Shown: positions 1 through 11,742 of the stretch, in pieces | Layout: each line of letters starts with the position of its first letter | Position numbering within the stretch: the stretch's first letter is position 1 | Assembly: GCA_964016885.1 (NCBI GenBank) | Contig: OZ024740.1 | Coordinates: forward strand, 246,946,001-247,010,000 | DNA length: 64,000 bases | Reading direction: 5' to 3' | DNA from: Eledone cirrhosa | Lineage: Eukaryota | Program-made: the position numbers and the translations under genes | Notes under the pieces: generated by a model | Databases searched by the model: none | The model's input: the letters and a program-made list of their open reading frames with translations, nothing else | What the model was told of the DNA's origin: nothing

Positions 1-67
1 CAGATTTTATACTGACCCGGACAGAGCGGTGAGGCTGAATGCAAAATATATAATATATATATATATA

Positions 68-1098
68 GTTATACTTGGGGAGGGTCATATTTGTGTAATA
101 TTGCCAGAATTAATAACAGAACACACTCACTGTTTGGTTGGTTTTCGCTTTCGCTTCTGTGTCTTTTATATCGGTTAATTTAATTTATTCGGTCCTCAAT
201 GTTGCCATTGACTGACCAACGGTCAAAAACACAGATACAATATAGACACAAACACATATATATATAGTCTATCAAAGTTCTTTCGTTGCACATCTGCAAC
301 ATCGTCAGTGATGCTATTGTTTCCTCCCGATGCATTGTATGTCTACGCCATCTTTATTTAGTCTGTTTATATATTTATTTATTTGTTTTGTTTTTTTTTG
401 TCTTTTTTGCGCATGCGTTTGCGTGTGTGTAAAGTGTTTTGTTTGATGTGTGTTCGTGTTTGGGTGACTGTGTATTGGTTAATGTATTCTATCTTTACTA
501 GTGTGTGTTTATATGTGTTTGTTGTTATTGTGCTTGTGTATGTATTTATTTATTTATCTATTTATTTATTTATATTTCTCTTAGGTCAGTGTTGTTTGTT
601 TGGGTGTTGTTGTTATTCCATTCATTTTTTCTGTTTAGCCTTGGCCTTCTAAGTTCTATTTCACTGGCCTCTCTGATTTGCCTATCTGCTGGGTCATTTC
701 TATGTTTAGATATTATTCTAATTTCTATGTTGTCTATGTTACCGTCGTGTTGTTGTCTGGCATGTTCGTATAGTACTGAACCGTTTTTTCGTCCTTTTAG
801 TTCCCCCCAGTGTTGGTCTATCCTTTCACCTATGCTACGCCTATGTCTCGCCTATGTATGTTGTTGTCATGTTTCTGCAAGTACCCTCTGTACATCTTAT
901 GCTATAGACTACGTTTCTAGTTTTACAGTTTATCCGGGGATTTACTTTACATATGATACAATTCCTATTAGTACAGTGGGTTTTCTTAAAAGGGTAGGTT
1001 TTGCTGATCAGGGATTTTATGGTGGTTCCTGGCTTTTCTACCACCTTAATCTTTAAGTGGGTCTTTCTCAGAGCCTTTCTACACTGGTTAGCTAATTT

Positions 1099-1100
<2 letters not shown>
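68..1100 (-). mobile_element. Penelope-like element (PLE) 3' fragment: GIY-YIG endonuclease remnant plus terminal repeat
   Basis: ORF 841..1164(-) encodes CTNRNCIIC..NCKTRNVVYSIRC..TYIGET; after a frameshift it continues SIGERIDQH..LYEHARQQH..RQIREASEIELRRPRLN. Terminus gttatacttggggagggtcat abuts (TA)n. Homologous to 25590-26500 and 61825-62140. Confidence 0.85.
271..312 (-). ncRNA. Minimal type I hammerhead ribozyme (PLE-associated)
   Basis: Minus strand reads atca-CTGACGA-t-gttgca(gatg)tgcaac-GAAA-gaac-TT-tgat: stem I atca/tgat, 6-bp stem II, very short stem III. Confidence 0.75.
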
Positions 1101-1132
<32 letters not shown>

Positions 1133-1319
1133 GGAATAGAATGAAACGAAATTTCATTTCTCATTCTTAGGTCGGCACTTACTTAAATGTAAGTATGTAT
1201 GTATGTATACGTACATACATATATGTATACAGACGTACAGTAGTATGTATATATATATACATACATGCACACATATATATGCACGTATCGGTTTACCGAA
1301 CATTTATTATAATGCTCGG

Positions 1320-1659
1320 TTTGCTTGTTTGTAAACAAACAAACAGCCCGAATTACGCCGTACAGTTCTGTCCTACGCCATTTTTATTCTGTGTGTGTCA
1401 CACACAGAAACAAAATGGCGTAGGACAGAACAAAGGAGAGGCACAGAAACAAAGAAAGGAATCCCCAGTCACTGAAGAAGTCACAGAGTGTGTGACGAAA
1501 GAACTATGACAATATATAAACAACTATCTGGTTGTGGAACCAACCAACCAACCAGAAATTTATAAATTTATAAATTTATTATAAATTTATTATAATAAAT
1601 TGAAGTGAAAGCAACTGGTGCGTGTGTTTCTTATTGGCAACATGACCCTCCCAAAGTAT

Positions 1660-1667
<8 letters not shown>
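1320..1667 (+). mobile_element. PLE terminal-repeat fragment, inverted relative to 68-1100
   Basis: Near-identical to ~48290-48590; ends catgaccctcccaaagtataacaat followed by (TA)n; contains a hammerhead. Confidence 0.7.
1468..1510 (+). ncRNA. Minimal type I hammerhead ribozyme
   Basis: gtca-CTGAAGA-a-gtcaca(gagtg)tgtgac-GAAA-gaac-TA-tgac. Confidence 0.8.
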
Positions 1668-1706
<39 letters not shown>

Positions 1707-2219
1707 AAGGCGCATGGCTTAGTGGTTAAAGCATTGGGCTTGTAATATATGGCTTGTAATATATATATATATATATATATAATTGAAAGGTATAGAAAAT
1801 ATTGTAGCAAAAAGCCAACAGTATTCCATAGTATATAAATGACTATAGCGTCAAAATGGGAAAAATAGTTAACGTAAGATGTGGGAAAAATAATTCAAAC
1901 TCATCTCAAAGAGAATCAGGATATAGATTCATCCACAGAATTTAGTGAAATCCAGGGAAAAGTCAATAGAGCCTTAACTCATGATAAAATAAAGTTTAAA
2001 ATACTCATCTTTCAAATAAAATAAAGTTTAAAATACTCATCTTTTATATAAAGCTGAGGATGTGTGTGTTAAGGTTTGTGACATATGCACGTCCACAATT
2101 TCCAACGAACTATATTCAGAGTCGGGACAATTATTGCTTTTGGTCAGGAGAAGGTCATGAAGCAAAGAAATTTCAAATCAATCCACAATAAGGGCAAAAA
2201 TCGATCATGCTTGGAGGTT

Positions 2220-2755
2220 TAACACACCTCTCTATAGTTTCTTAGCTTTACTCTCTCCGTCGCTCTTCCCTCTCTCTATAATTGATCCTCCCCCCTCTCT
2301 ATAATTTAACTGTTTTACTCTCTCTGTCGCTCTTCACTCTCTATATGACAACACTGTTTTACACACCTCCCTATAGTTTCTTAGCTTTACTCTCTCCGTC
2401 GCTGTTCCCTCTCTCTATAATAGATTATTCGCCCTCTCTATAATTTAACTGCTGCGGGAGTCATTGGCGTTCCGTATTGACATACGGCACACCTCCCTAT
2501 AATATCTTAGCTTTAATCTCTCTGTCGCTCTTCCCTTTCTCTATAATAGATCACTCCCCCTCTCTATAATTTAACTGCTTTACTCTCTCTGTCGCTCTTC
2601 ACTCTCTATATGAGAACACTGTTTTACACACCCCCTATAGTTTCTTAGCTTTACGCTCTCCGTCGCTCTTCCATTCCTCTATAATAGATTATACCCCCTC
2701 TCTATAATTTAACTGCTGCGGGAGTCATTGGCGTTCTGTATTGACATACGGGTTT
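2220..2755. repeat. Compound CT-rich tandem repeat (~260-bp higher-order unit) upstream of Helitron Rep
   Basis: Recurrent tttactctctccgtcgctcttccctctctctataat subunits; actgctgcgggagtcattggcgtt..tattgacatacgg at ~2449 and ~2712. Confidence 0.75.
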
Positions 2756-2829
2756 TCTGGGGCATTTTAAATCGGCTTATTGCAAATAACAACCCGAAAA
2801 ATAACACTTCATATAACAGATTAATGCTA

Positions 2830-3897
2830 TAGACATATGAATCGGAATGTAACCCGTGAACTTTTTCCTGGGCAAAATTATTCGAACAGACATGACCTCA
2901 TTGCCAGAGTGTTCAGACTGAAACTGGCTAAACTCATGGCTTTAATAAAAAAGGGTCAGGTATTTGGGGCTGTAAAATGTGACATGTTCACCGTCGAATG
3001 GCAAAAATGAGGACTGCCGCTTGCTCACATTTTGATTTGGTTAACTGATAAAATCAATTCAAATGCCATAGACAGCTTCATTTCGGCTGAAATCCCTAAC
3101 CCAGCAACTGACCAGGAATTACATGACATCATCAAAGCTTACATGACATCGTCAAAGCCGTGTGCGTCGGGTCTTAATGAGAATCACACGTGTCTGAAAG
3201 GGGGGGGGGTCGTGTAATAAGGGATACTCCAAAAAATTTGTTGGCGAGACTCAGACTGGTGGTGACGGGTACCCCCTGTACAGGCGGAGACGGCCTGAGA
3301 ACGGTGGCTTCACCACAACAGTAAAGGGAGGTCGACAATAGATGGGTGGTCCTTTAATGACCGCTTCTCTTGAAGATGTTCGACGCCCACATCAACGTTG
3401 AGTTTTGCAACTCCGTCAAGTCGATATGCAAATATGCAAATATGTAAATAAGGGCTCTGATGCCGCAATGTTCGATTTTCAAGCTGAAAATAGCAGGGAC
3501 GGGGTCTCAGAATACCTGGCAGGGCGGTACATCAGTAGCAATGAAGCGTTTTGGCGCCTATTTGGTTTACACCAACACCAATGGCACCCCGTCATCGTAC
3601 AGCTTGCGGTACATTTGGAAAATGGGCAAATGGTTTACTTTACGGACCAAACCGCCGCCAAGTTGGCCGCTGATCCGAAAGAGACCACTCTGACGGGTTT
3701 CTTCAAACTTTTCCAGTTCGATACATTTGCGAAAACAATTGTGTACCCCCAGATTCCCTCCTACTTTACATGGTCGAAAAACACTTGGGTGCGAAGAAAG
3801 TCAGATGAGGCTGTTGAAAGACATCCTGGTGTAAAATTTGACAGCTGTCTTGGAAAGGTTTACACTGTGCCCCCAAGTCAGCATGAATGTTTTCATG
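2830..3897 (+). pseudogene. Helitron Rep (HUH endonuclease) domain fragment, disrupted
   Basis: Translates HDLIARVFRLKL..VFGAVKCDMFTVEWQK*GLPLAHILIWL..ISAEIPNPATDQELHDII..GDGYPLYRRR..DAHINVEFC..KYVNKGSDAAMF..GRYISSNEAFWRLF..QLAVHLENGQMVYF; contains stops and frameshifts. Confidence 0.9.
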
Positions 3898-5800
3898 AAT
3901 GCTTGTTCAGCTGTGATGATGTTATTATTTTCACAGTGATCTTGGAGAAATAGGTTCAGGCAGGCTTTATACATCTTATACATCTGGTTCTGGCATGCAA
4001 TGGGTCGGTAGTTATTTGCCAAGTGGGTGTCTTTGTTCTTGGAGACCAGTAATATTTGTGCTAATATCAACCATTCTGGTATATGTGTATCTCCCTTAAG
4101 AACTTGTTGGTAGAGGTCCATAAGACACCTCCGATAGAATATCAGTTTTTGTACCAGTAGCCGACAATCATGTCTCTTCCTGGTGATTTCTTATCTTGGA
4201 GTTTTCCTATCACAGTCTCAATGGTACCCTCACTTATTTCGATTGTTTTTGTTGTAGTGTGGGAGCAATAGTTCTTTCGGATTTCTTTTAGCCACACTTC
4301 ATCTTGGTTGGGCATCTTCTTTTCACCCCATATTTTGCTCCAAAAGGAATCTATGTCTTTCTGGGATGGGGCCTCATTGACACTTATTATTTTGATCTTC
4401 ATATCTCTATAGACTGATGTTTGGTTTCGTCAAAAATCTTTTATTAATCACTTTTCTCTCATCTACCTTCTTCAGGTATCGGCGTTTTTCGCTAACAGCT
4501 CTCAATTCTTGTTTGAGGGTGATCAGCTTATATTGAAGATTTCTGGTTCTACTGTTACCAAACATCGTCTCTATTTTATTTTTTACTCTTTGTCGGTGAG
4601 GAGTGAGGTTTTTTGTTTTTGTTTGCATGTAAGGAGCATTGTCACATATCCTATGCTTTTTCGTAGGTCAGCAATCTTTTTTTCTATTTTAGTTATATAT
4701 GATGGTATTTTTGGTGGTGTTTTGTTCTTGTTAATATCTCTGCTATCACCAAGATAATGCTTCACTGACGTTGCTAAGGCATATAAACAGGCGTTGATTG
4801 GCTAAAATGTTGGGGTTTTTATCCGTCGTAAATATTCATCCCCTATTTCGTCAATAACACGTAATATTTCATTATTTGTTTTTTTTATTTTAATATTGTC
4901 GTTTTAATGCGTTTAGCAAGAGAGATATTTATACATGAATTAATTTCTCCCTGGAAGATTTTGTTGAGGGAAATTTTCAATACTTTTGATTTTTATCATT
5001 ATCGATAGTATTTTCCACAACAGTCGAGGTAGACTCGGATGGTGCACATGGTGTCAAATTTCTTCGATTATTATTATTATTTCTTCGATTATTATTATTA
5101 TCGATAGTGTTTTCCCCAGCATTCGAGGTAGACTTAGATGGTACGCGTGGTGTCAAGTTTCTTACAGGCATAGTTGTTTCAAGGCACTGTTCGACCTGGC
5201 TGCTAGGAAGTCTAGTAGCATGGCGACCTGTAGCACGTGTTGTTGATAACATATTTGTTGTGGGGGACTTACAATTAATAATATTTATCTTATTTTTACG
5301 TTCAACAAACGTCGCTTGTTGGCGTAATTGTTTCTCTGTGAAATAATTTAGCTCTGGGTGCATTTCGTCCCAGTGTAGCTTCATTCTGTTCATATAGCCA
5401 ATGGAGGGATTGTTTTTTGCCATTTTATGACAATTAAATAAATCATCCTTAAGTTCGCAACTCCAAGAGAAATGCGATTTATAATTTCGGTTTCTTCTGT
5501 AACTACAACTGAATAAATTTTGTTTACCTTTCTCGTTGTTTGTCTTCGATACTTCCTTAATTTTGTTGTTGATGATGTGTTCAGCCATGCTGTTTGTCAC
5601 AAATCTTTGTAAAATGAATTATGTATTTAGTCGGATATCTCTATGAATTCGAATAAAAGGTGTCTTCAGAAGATATAGTTAGAAGAATAACCAGTTATTC
5701 AACATGACTGTAGTGTGGCATTACTGTCGGAGATAGTATTCGTCTTAAATTTAATAAATAGTCTCCCACGCCAAGATATGCGACTGATCGCGTTGACTGT
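3898..5800 (-). mobile_element. R4/Dong-like non-LTR retrotransposon (family C), 5' half only, decayed
   Basis: Fragments 4977..5600 (N-terminal W..W Myb-like region), 4142..4402 (FWSKIW..KSPGRDMIVGYWYK), 3801..4121 (PEWL..NNYRPIACQN..NNIITAEQ); similar to the 13841..15538 and 15852..18443 proteins; breaks off early in the RT domain. Confidence 0.8.
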
Positions 5801-5802
5801 GT

Positions 5803-5886
5803 TATGTATGTATGTATGTATGTATGTATGTATGTATGTATGTATGTATGTATGTATGTATGTATGTATGTATGTATGTATGTATG
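5803..5886. repeat. (TATG)n microsatellite
   Basis: Direct reading. Confidence 0.95.
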
Positions 5887-6265
5887 TGTACATGTCTGTG
5901 TGCTTGTGTGTGTTGCTTTTCTGTATATCACTTGACATACACTTTTAGGTGGCTCTCGATAAATACCGGAGTAACTATTTAAAAAATTGTCACTAGTATC
6001 GGTTATAACTCGTCAACACTAAAAACGTTAGCTGCATTATTACATTTGTTGATGAAGTCTGAAGCCGTACAACTGTTGCAATGTATTTTAGCCAGATGCA
6101 AAGTATTTTAACCAGGAAAAATAATTATATTGATTATATATGTTTGTGTATGAAATATACCTCCAGATGGGGGGGGGGGGGCGTTGTGACGCAAGGTGGA
6201 GATCATACCTCTTCAGGTCTGAAAAACAGTCAATTTCTTCCGGAGAGAGAAGAGGTAGAGAGATA

Positions 6266-6368
<103 letters not shown>

Positions 6369-6495
6369 GGTGTGTGGTGTGAAAAAGATGTAAAGTAAGA
6401 AAAGAATCAGCGTTGGACATGTCCTTCTTTTATCGAAAAATGAAGTTGTGAAGATGGATCTTTATATACATATATATACAGACTATTCTACATAT

Positions 6496-6618
<123 letters not shown>

Positions 6619-6679
6619 AATTTACAACTTTATAAAGCAATTGTCTCTAATATGTAGGCATTTCAATGAAAGGACAATA

Positions 6680-7302
6680 TCTTTATATATATAAAAGCGA
6701 GGGTGTGTGTGTGTCTGTGTACAACTTGGCATGCATAAGGCTTTCAGTTGGTGATTACCAACCAAATTTTCTGTGCACGATGCGCAGGTCGCTAAGATTG
6801 TCACATCACAAACATTTTTCAAATCGACCCACGTTGGGCAATAAAAATCGATATCAAAATTATCGGTAGAAAAATTGATGTAAGGGAGATAACAAACTTT
6901 ATTGACAATCCTTATTAAAAGGGAGATAACCTTTTCACAGCAAAGGATGCTCTCAAAGAATAGATTTTTCTCTTATTCTACTCTCATTGTTTTTTTGTTT
7001 GTATACAACTCTGCTTTCATTACAACTTTTTGTACTTTAGCAAAACTGCCTGTTTTTTTTACAGATTTGAAACGTGTATTGTCTTTAATCATTTGTATAA
7101 CTACATCTTGTTCAGTGTTTTCCTTCATTATCAGCATAGTTTTATGTGTACAAAGATTGCACTAAATATTCGTTTGCATTAATTATTGAAGACTTCTGCT
7201 TATTTTGACAGGTTGGGGACAAATAATGTTCTTCTTTTACTTCCTAGCTGTATATTCTTAGCATAATTTCAAACTCCGAGCAACGCCGGGTAAATCTGCT
7301 TG
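6680..7302 (+). mobile_element. Non-autonomous Helitron
   Basis: A|TCTTTATATATATAAAAGCG 5' end; 3' subterminal imperfect hairpin ccgagcaacgccggg, then taaatctgCTTG|T (CTAG-like end); inserted between A and T. Confidence 0.65.
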
Positions 7303-8249
7303 TATATTAATAAATTAATAAACAAATAATCCATACAAAGAAGTATTGAAATATTAAATCTAAGCCCAAATCTCATTTTGGTGGGATATACGTCAAATTG
7401 GCTAAACGTTGTCAATGTTAACTGATATAATACCCCAACCATGGTTTCAAAAACTCAAGATACAGCGTCTGGAATCCCAAGACATTGGAATAACCAATAC
7501 TGGAAGAATTGAAGTTTTATCATCAGGAGGCGAATTCATCATCAGAATAAAGGGACAAAATAGAAAAAATTATCATACATACCAATTCACTGCAAGATCT
7601 TGTATGTGAACAAAGTGTTGTATCATTGAATTGCCATATGAATATATTCTAACCAAAAGGTTTAGCTGAATACATGTCATATAATCATACCGCTTATAAA
7701 TCGCACGGGGAAGCAGCATGACGCAACATTAAAATGCAGTATGAACATTTTCTACACGGTGTGTCATGACAATATGACGGGCTTATATCGACGCAAGAAA
7801 TAACAGCAAAAAAATATAAAAAAACATAAAAAAAACGTCTAAATCAGCTCAAAACGATGAAGGAACAGTCATTACGAATATATACAAAAGTAACTGTCTC
7901 AATATATACAAGGGTAACTGTAAAAAATGTGCATCATGCATCCTTCCTCCTCCTCCCTCTCCCTTGTCATCATCATCAACATCTCTATCGCCATCGGTCA
8001 TGGCAATTTATTTTAATTGTCTGTCGAATGGTATGTACCAACAATAACAACCAACAGCAATAACAACCAACAATAACAACCACGGCGTGCCATCTACAAA
8101 ACTATCAATGATGTCCAAACTGTCAACAAGAGACTGCACATTCTGATGCCACTAGAAACTGACGTAGTGTTGGACAGTTGTTGCAATAAACATTCCTCAA
8201 GAAGCTCTGAGATTTAAAGAAAACTTTTCTGCTTCAATGTTTACTGGTA

Positions 8250-8845
8250 ATTGGTGATGGTGGTGATGGTGGTGGAAGTGAGGGTCATAGTGGTGGTTGT
8301 GGTGGGGGTTATGGCGGTTGTGCTTATGGTTATGATGGCGGTTGAGGTTGGGGTTATGATTGCAGTGGTGATGGTTGGGGCGGTTGTGGTCGTGGTGATG
8401 ATTGCGGTTGAGGTTGTGGTTATAAGCTGGGGGATTTAAAGAAAACTTATCTGCTTCAATGATGTTCGTTGGCATTGCTGGTGGTGGTGGTAGTGATGGT
8501 TTTGTTGGTGATGGTGGTGGTGATGGGAGTGGTTGTGTCTGTGGTTATTGTGGTTGTGTTGGTTGTGCTTGTGGTGATGGTGGTGGTTGTGATGGTATTT
8601 GTGGTGGAAGGAGGCATTTTTGTCCCCTCAACCACTTTTGTTGTTGTAGAAGTTCCCACGCTTGACTTTGTAATTAAAGTCGATGTTGTTTTGCTTCAGG
8701 CTGTTACCGCTGTTGATGATGATGACGACGACGGTGATGATGATAATGATAATAATGATGATAATGATGGTAATGTTAATGATTGCGATGATAATTATCA
8801 TGATGGTAATGATCATAGTAGTGGTGTTCGTGGAGGTTATGATTA
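8250..8845. repeat. (GTG/GAT)-rich low-complexity tract
   Basis: Direct reading. Confidence 0.85.
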
Positions 8846-9214
8846 GATCATAATTTGTTTTTCCTTCATATGTCCGACATATTCGATAAGAAGGCACACA
8901 TACAAATAACTATAGATGTAAATATGTCTGGATTATCTTTTTGTTTTCTCAATCAACCCTTTCCCCTCTTCCTACTCCTCCTCTTCTTCCCCAGCATCAC
9001 TCCCTACACACAGTCTGCTCCTCATTTCTCTTTGTACTCTCCGTCTTTCCAGCCATGCACCATTTTCTTCCTAAGAATCCCTTTACATTTTTCAACAAAA
9101 TATAAATTATTCACAGAAATTAATGGAAATTTTCCAATTTCCCTCCTTTTCAAGCCCACCCGGCTCCAATAGCAGCCATATTAACATTATTTTTATATCA
9201 TTGTTATCAACACC

Positions 9215-9580
9215 AGCATCCACCAACACTACCACAATCACCACCACTACCACCACTGCCAACCCTACCACCACTACAACCATCACCATCACCACCATCA
9301 TTAGCACCACCACAACCACCAACAACAACCATCATCAACAACTCTCCGAGCCACCACCACTTCAACAACGATTAGCAACAACCCTCAGAGTTAAACCCCC
9401 ACTACGACCACCACCGCCACCTAACAATTCCCCCCCTCCAGCATTCAATCACTATCACTCTTCCTATCTCCAACCGTCTTCATCCCCATACTATTACCGA
9501 ATCACCAACAGCACTACTGCCATTACCACTACCATCACTATCACCCACACCACTATCAACACAATCACCACGACTACATG
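9215..9580. repeat. (CAC/CAA)-rich low-complexity tract
   Basis: Direct reading. Confidence 0.85.
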
Positions 9581-9731
9581 GTGATATTCCATTGCCATAG
9601 CTACTGTCAATTGACATCCCAGCATCACAATGTCATAGTCAGCTGAATGAACCTGCGTCGTTTTCGATGTATAATCCAGTTGTTAGATTAAAGAAATTCG
9701 TGAAATGTATGTCTAGGGATTCCAGAAACCA

Positions 9732-9865
9732 TTCTTCTTCTTCTTCTTCTTCTTCTTCTTCTTCTTCTTCTTCTTCTTCTTCTTCTTCTTCTTCTTCTTC
9801 TTCTTCTTCTTCTTCTTCTTCTTCTTCTTCTTCTTCTTCTTCTTCTTCTTCTTCTTCTTCTTCTT

Positions 9866-9924
<59 letters not shown>
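9732..9924. repeat. (TTC)n followed by (TTA)n microsatellite
   Basis: Direct reading; the TTA part abuts the 3' end of the R4 array. Confidence 0.95.
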
Positions 9925-9925
<1 letters not shown>

Positions 9926-10170
9926 GTTGTTGTTATTCCTTGAATCTCAGTCATTGATGTTGGTTAACTGGAAAGTCCGTTGGAATGAATATCAAGCCAC
10001 TACCTGCAGCCTCAGATATTCAGGACGTATCGGAGGGTTCTTGCTGTTCCAAGCAAGCATGCCTTTTGAAGCGTTCCAAAAAGCGTGAAGGGGCCGATTT
10101 TCTTTAACCATCCCTGGAAACTTTTGGAGATAGTCCCCAGTGCGCCTATGACAATCGGGATCACTTTGAC
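9925..10170 (-). mobile_element. R4/Dong-like family A, copy 1 (extreme 5' truncation)
   Basis: Encodes VKVIPIVIGALGTISK..LQKACLLGTARTLRYVLNI plus a 3' UTR nearly identical to ~15765-16010; flanked by (TAA)n. Confidence 0.92.
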
Positions 10171-10212
<42 letters not shown>

Positions 10213-10216
<4 letters not shown>

Positions 10217-11723
10217 GTTATTACTCTTTGAGTCTCAGTCATTGATGTTAGTTAACTGGAAAGTTTGTTGAAATGAATATCAAGCCACTACCTGCAGCCT
10301 CAGATATTCAGGACGTATCGGAGGGTTCTTGCTGTTCCCAGCAAGCATGCCTTTTGAAGCGTTCCAAAAAGCGTGAAGGGGCCAATTTTCTTTAACCATC
10401 CCTGGAAACTTTTTGAGATAGTCCCTAGTGCGCCTATGACAATCGGGATCACTTTGACTTCATGGCAGTTCCAAATCCTTTTTACCTCCCACTTTAAGTC
10501 CTGGTATCGGTTAATTTTCTCCCTCTCCTTCTCTTGCACTCTCGTGTCGAATGGGCAGGCCACATCCACAATCAGGCACGATCTTTTTTCTTTGTCCACA
10601 ACCACCAGGTCAGGTCTATTGTGTTCTAGTTTCTTGTCCGTCTGTATCCTAAAATCCCACAGCACCTTCACCTGATCGTTTTCTATCACCGCCTCTGGCT
10701 TATGCTCATACCACTTCTCAGAATGTGGTAAATTGTTTACTTTGTATAGGTGCCAGTGGATCACCCTGCCCATCACATCATGTCTCCAGCCCTTATAGTG
10801 AGTATGGGCTAGGTGTTTACACTCGGATACAATGTGAGCCACAGTCTCCTCTCTCTCTCTCCACAGATCCTACACAGTGGGCTAGCCTCCTCCTTGTAAA
10901 TATGGTGTTTCAACCACTTCGTTTTGTTGGCCTGCTCTTGCGCAGCCATTAGCATTCCTTCTGTAGCCTTTTTAAGGTCTCCTCTTTTCAACCAGGTCCA
11001 TGTCTGTGGATCTCTAACTTCAGTTTTCTCAAAGAAGGCACTATGAAGGGATTTTTCCTGAAGGCTGCTCTTTCTCCTTGATGTTATTTCCTCCTTGGAC
11101 ATCCCCTGGCCTATTGTCCCCTCCTTCAGTACAGTTCTGAGCATTGGCTCCTTACTATCAGTCACGTATTTGTGTAGGTTGTATTTCTCCATCTGAACAC
11201 AGTCCTCTATGCTGATAAGACCTCTTCCACCCTCAGATCTCCTTAAGTAGAGTCTTCCTATTCTTCCTATCCATTTCTTTTTGTTCAGCAACATTCCATC
11301 TCAGAATTCCCGCACTGTACCTAATAATAGACACAGCTCGGGAATTTACTGCACTTATGGCATTCCTACTGTTCAGATGTGACTTTAATACGCTCCTTAT
11401 TCTCCGAATGTATTCAGTTCTTACCAATTCCTTCATTTTTTTGTTCTTGATGTCATCAGCCTCCAGAACGCCCAAATACTTGTATCCTTCTTCAGAGTCA
11501 ATTTCCTTTATCACATCTCACCTGTTGGTACCTGGATTCCGTTATTTCTGCTCAACTTACCCCTCTTCATCACAATGACTCCACACTTACTAATACCAAA
11601 TTGCATACATATATCATTGCTGAAAATACGGACAGTGTCAACAAGCACATACAACTCCTTCTCATTCTTCCCGAAGAGCTTAAGATCGTCCATGAAGAGA
11701 AGGTGATTGATGATAAGCCCTCC
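10213..11723 (-). mobile_element. R4/Dong-like family A, copy 2 (5'-truncated, frameshifted)
   Basis: ORFs 11511..11726, 11233..11514, 10809..11294 and 10300..10842 give MDDLKL (RT), CRIC..H..C, RHD and RPDLVVVD..DVACP..EK (RLE); ~47-bp deletion near 11255 relative to copy 3. Confidence 0.92.
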
Positions 11724-11742
11724 CATTATTATTATTATTATT

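Noticed and set aside
1703-1742. tRNA-like 5' sequence ggcgcatggcttagtggttaaagc
   Set aside because: Only a ~40-nt SINE head fragment.
2475-2490. TTGACA and nearby TATAAT resembling a bacterial promoter
   Set aside because: Part of a eukaryotic tandem repeat with no bacterial gene context.
7409-7609. 66-aa ORF with protein-like composition
   Set aside because: Non-ATG start and no recognisable motif; it cannot be supported as an exon without homology data.
9667-9957. Poly-Ser / poly-Arg ORFs
   Set aside because: Translation of (TTC)n.
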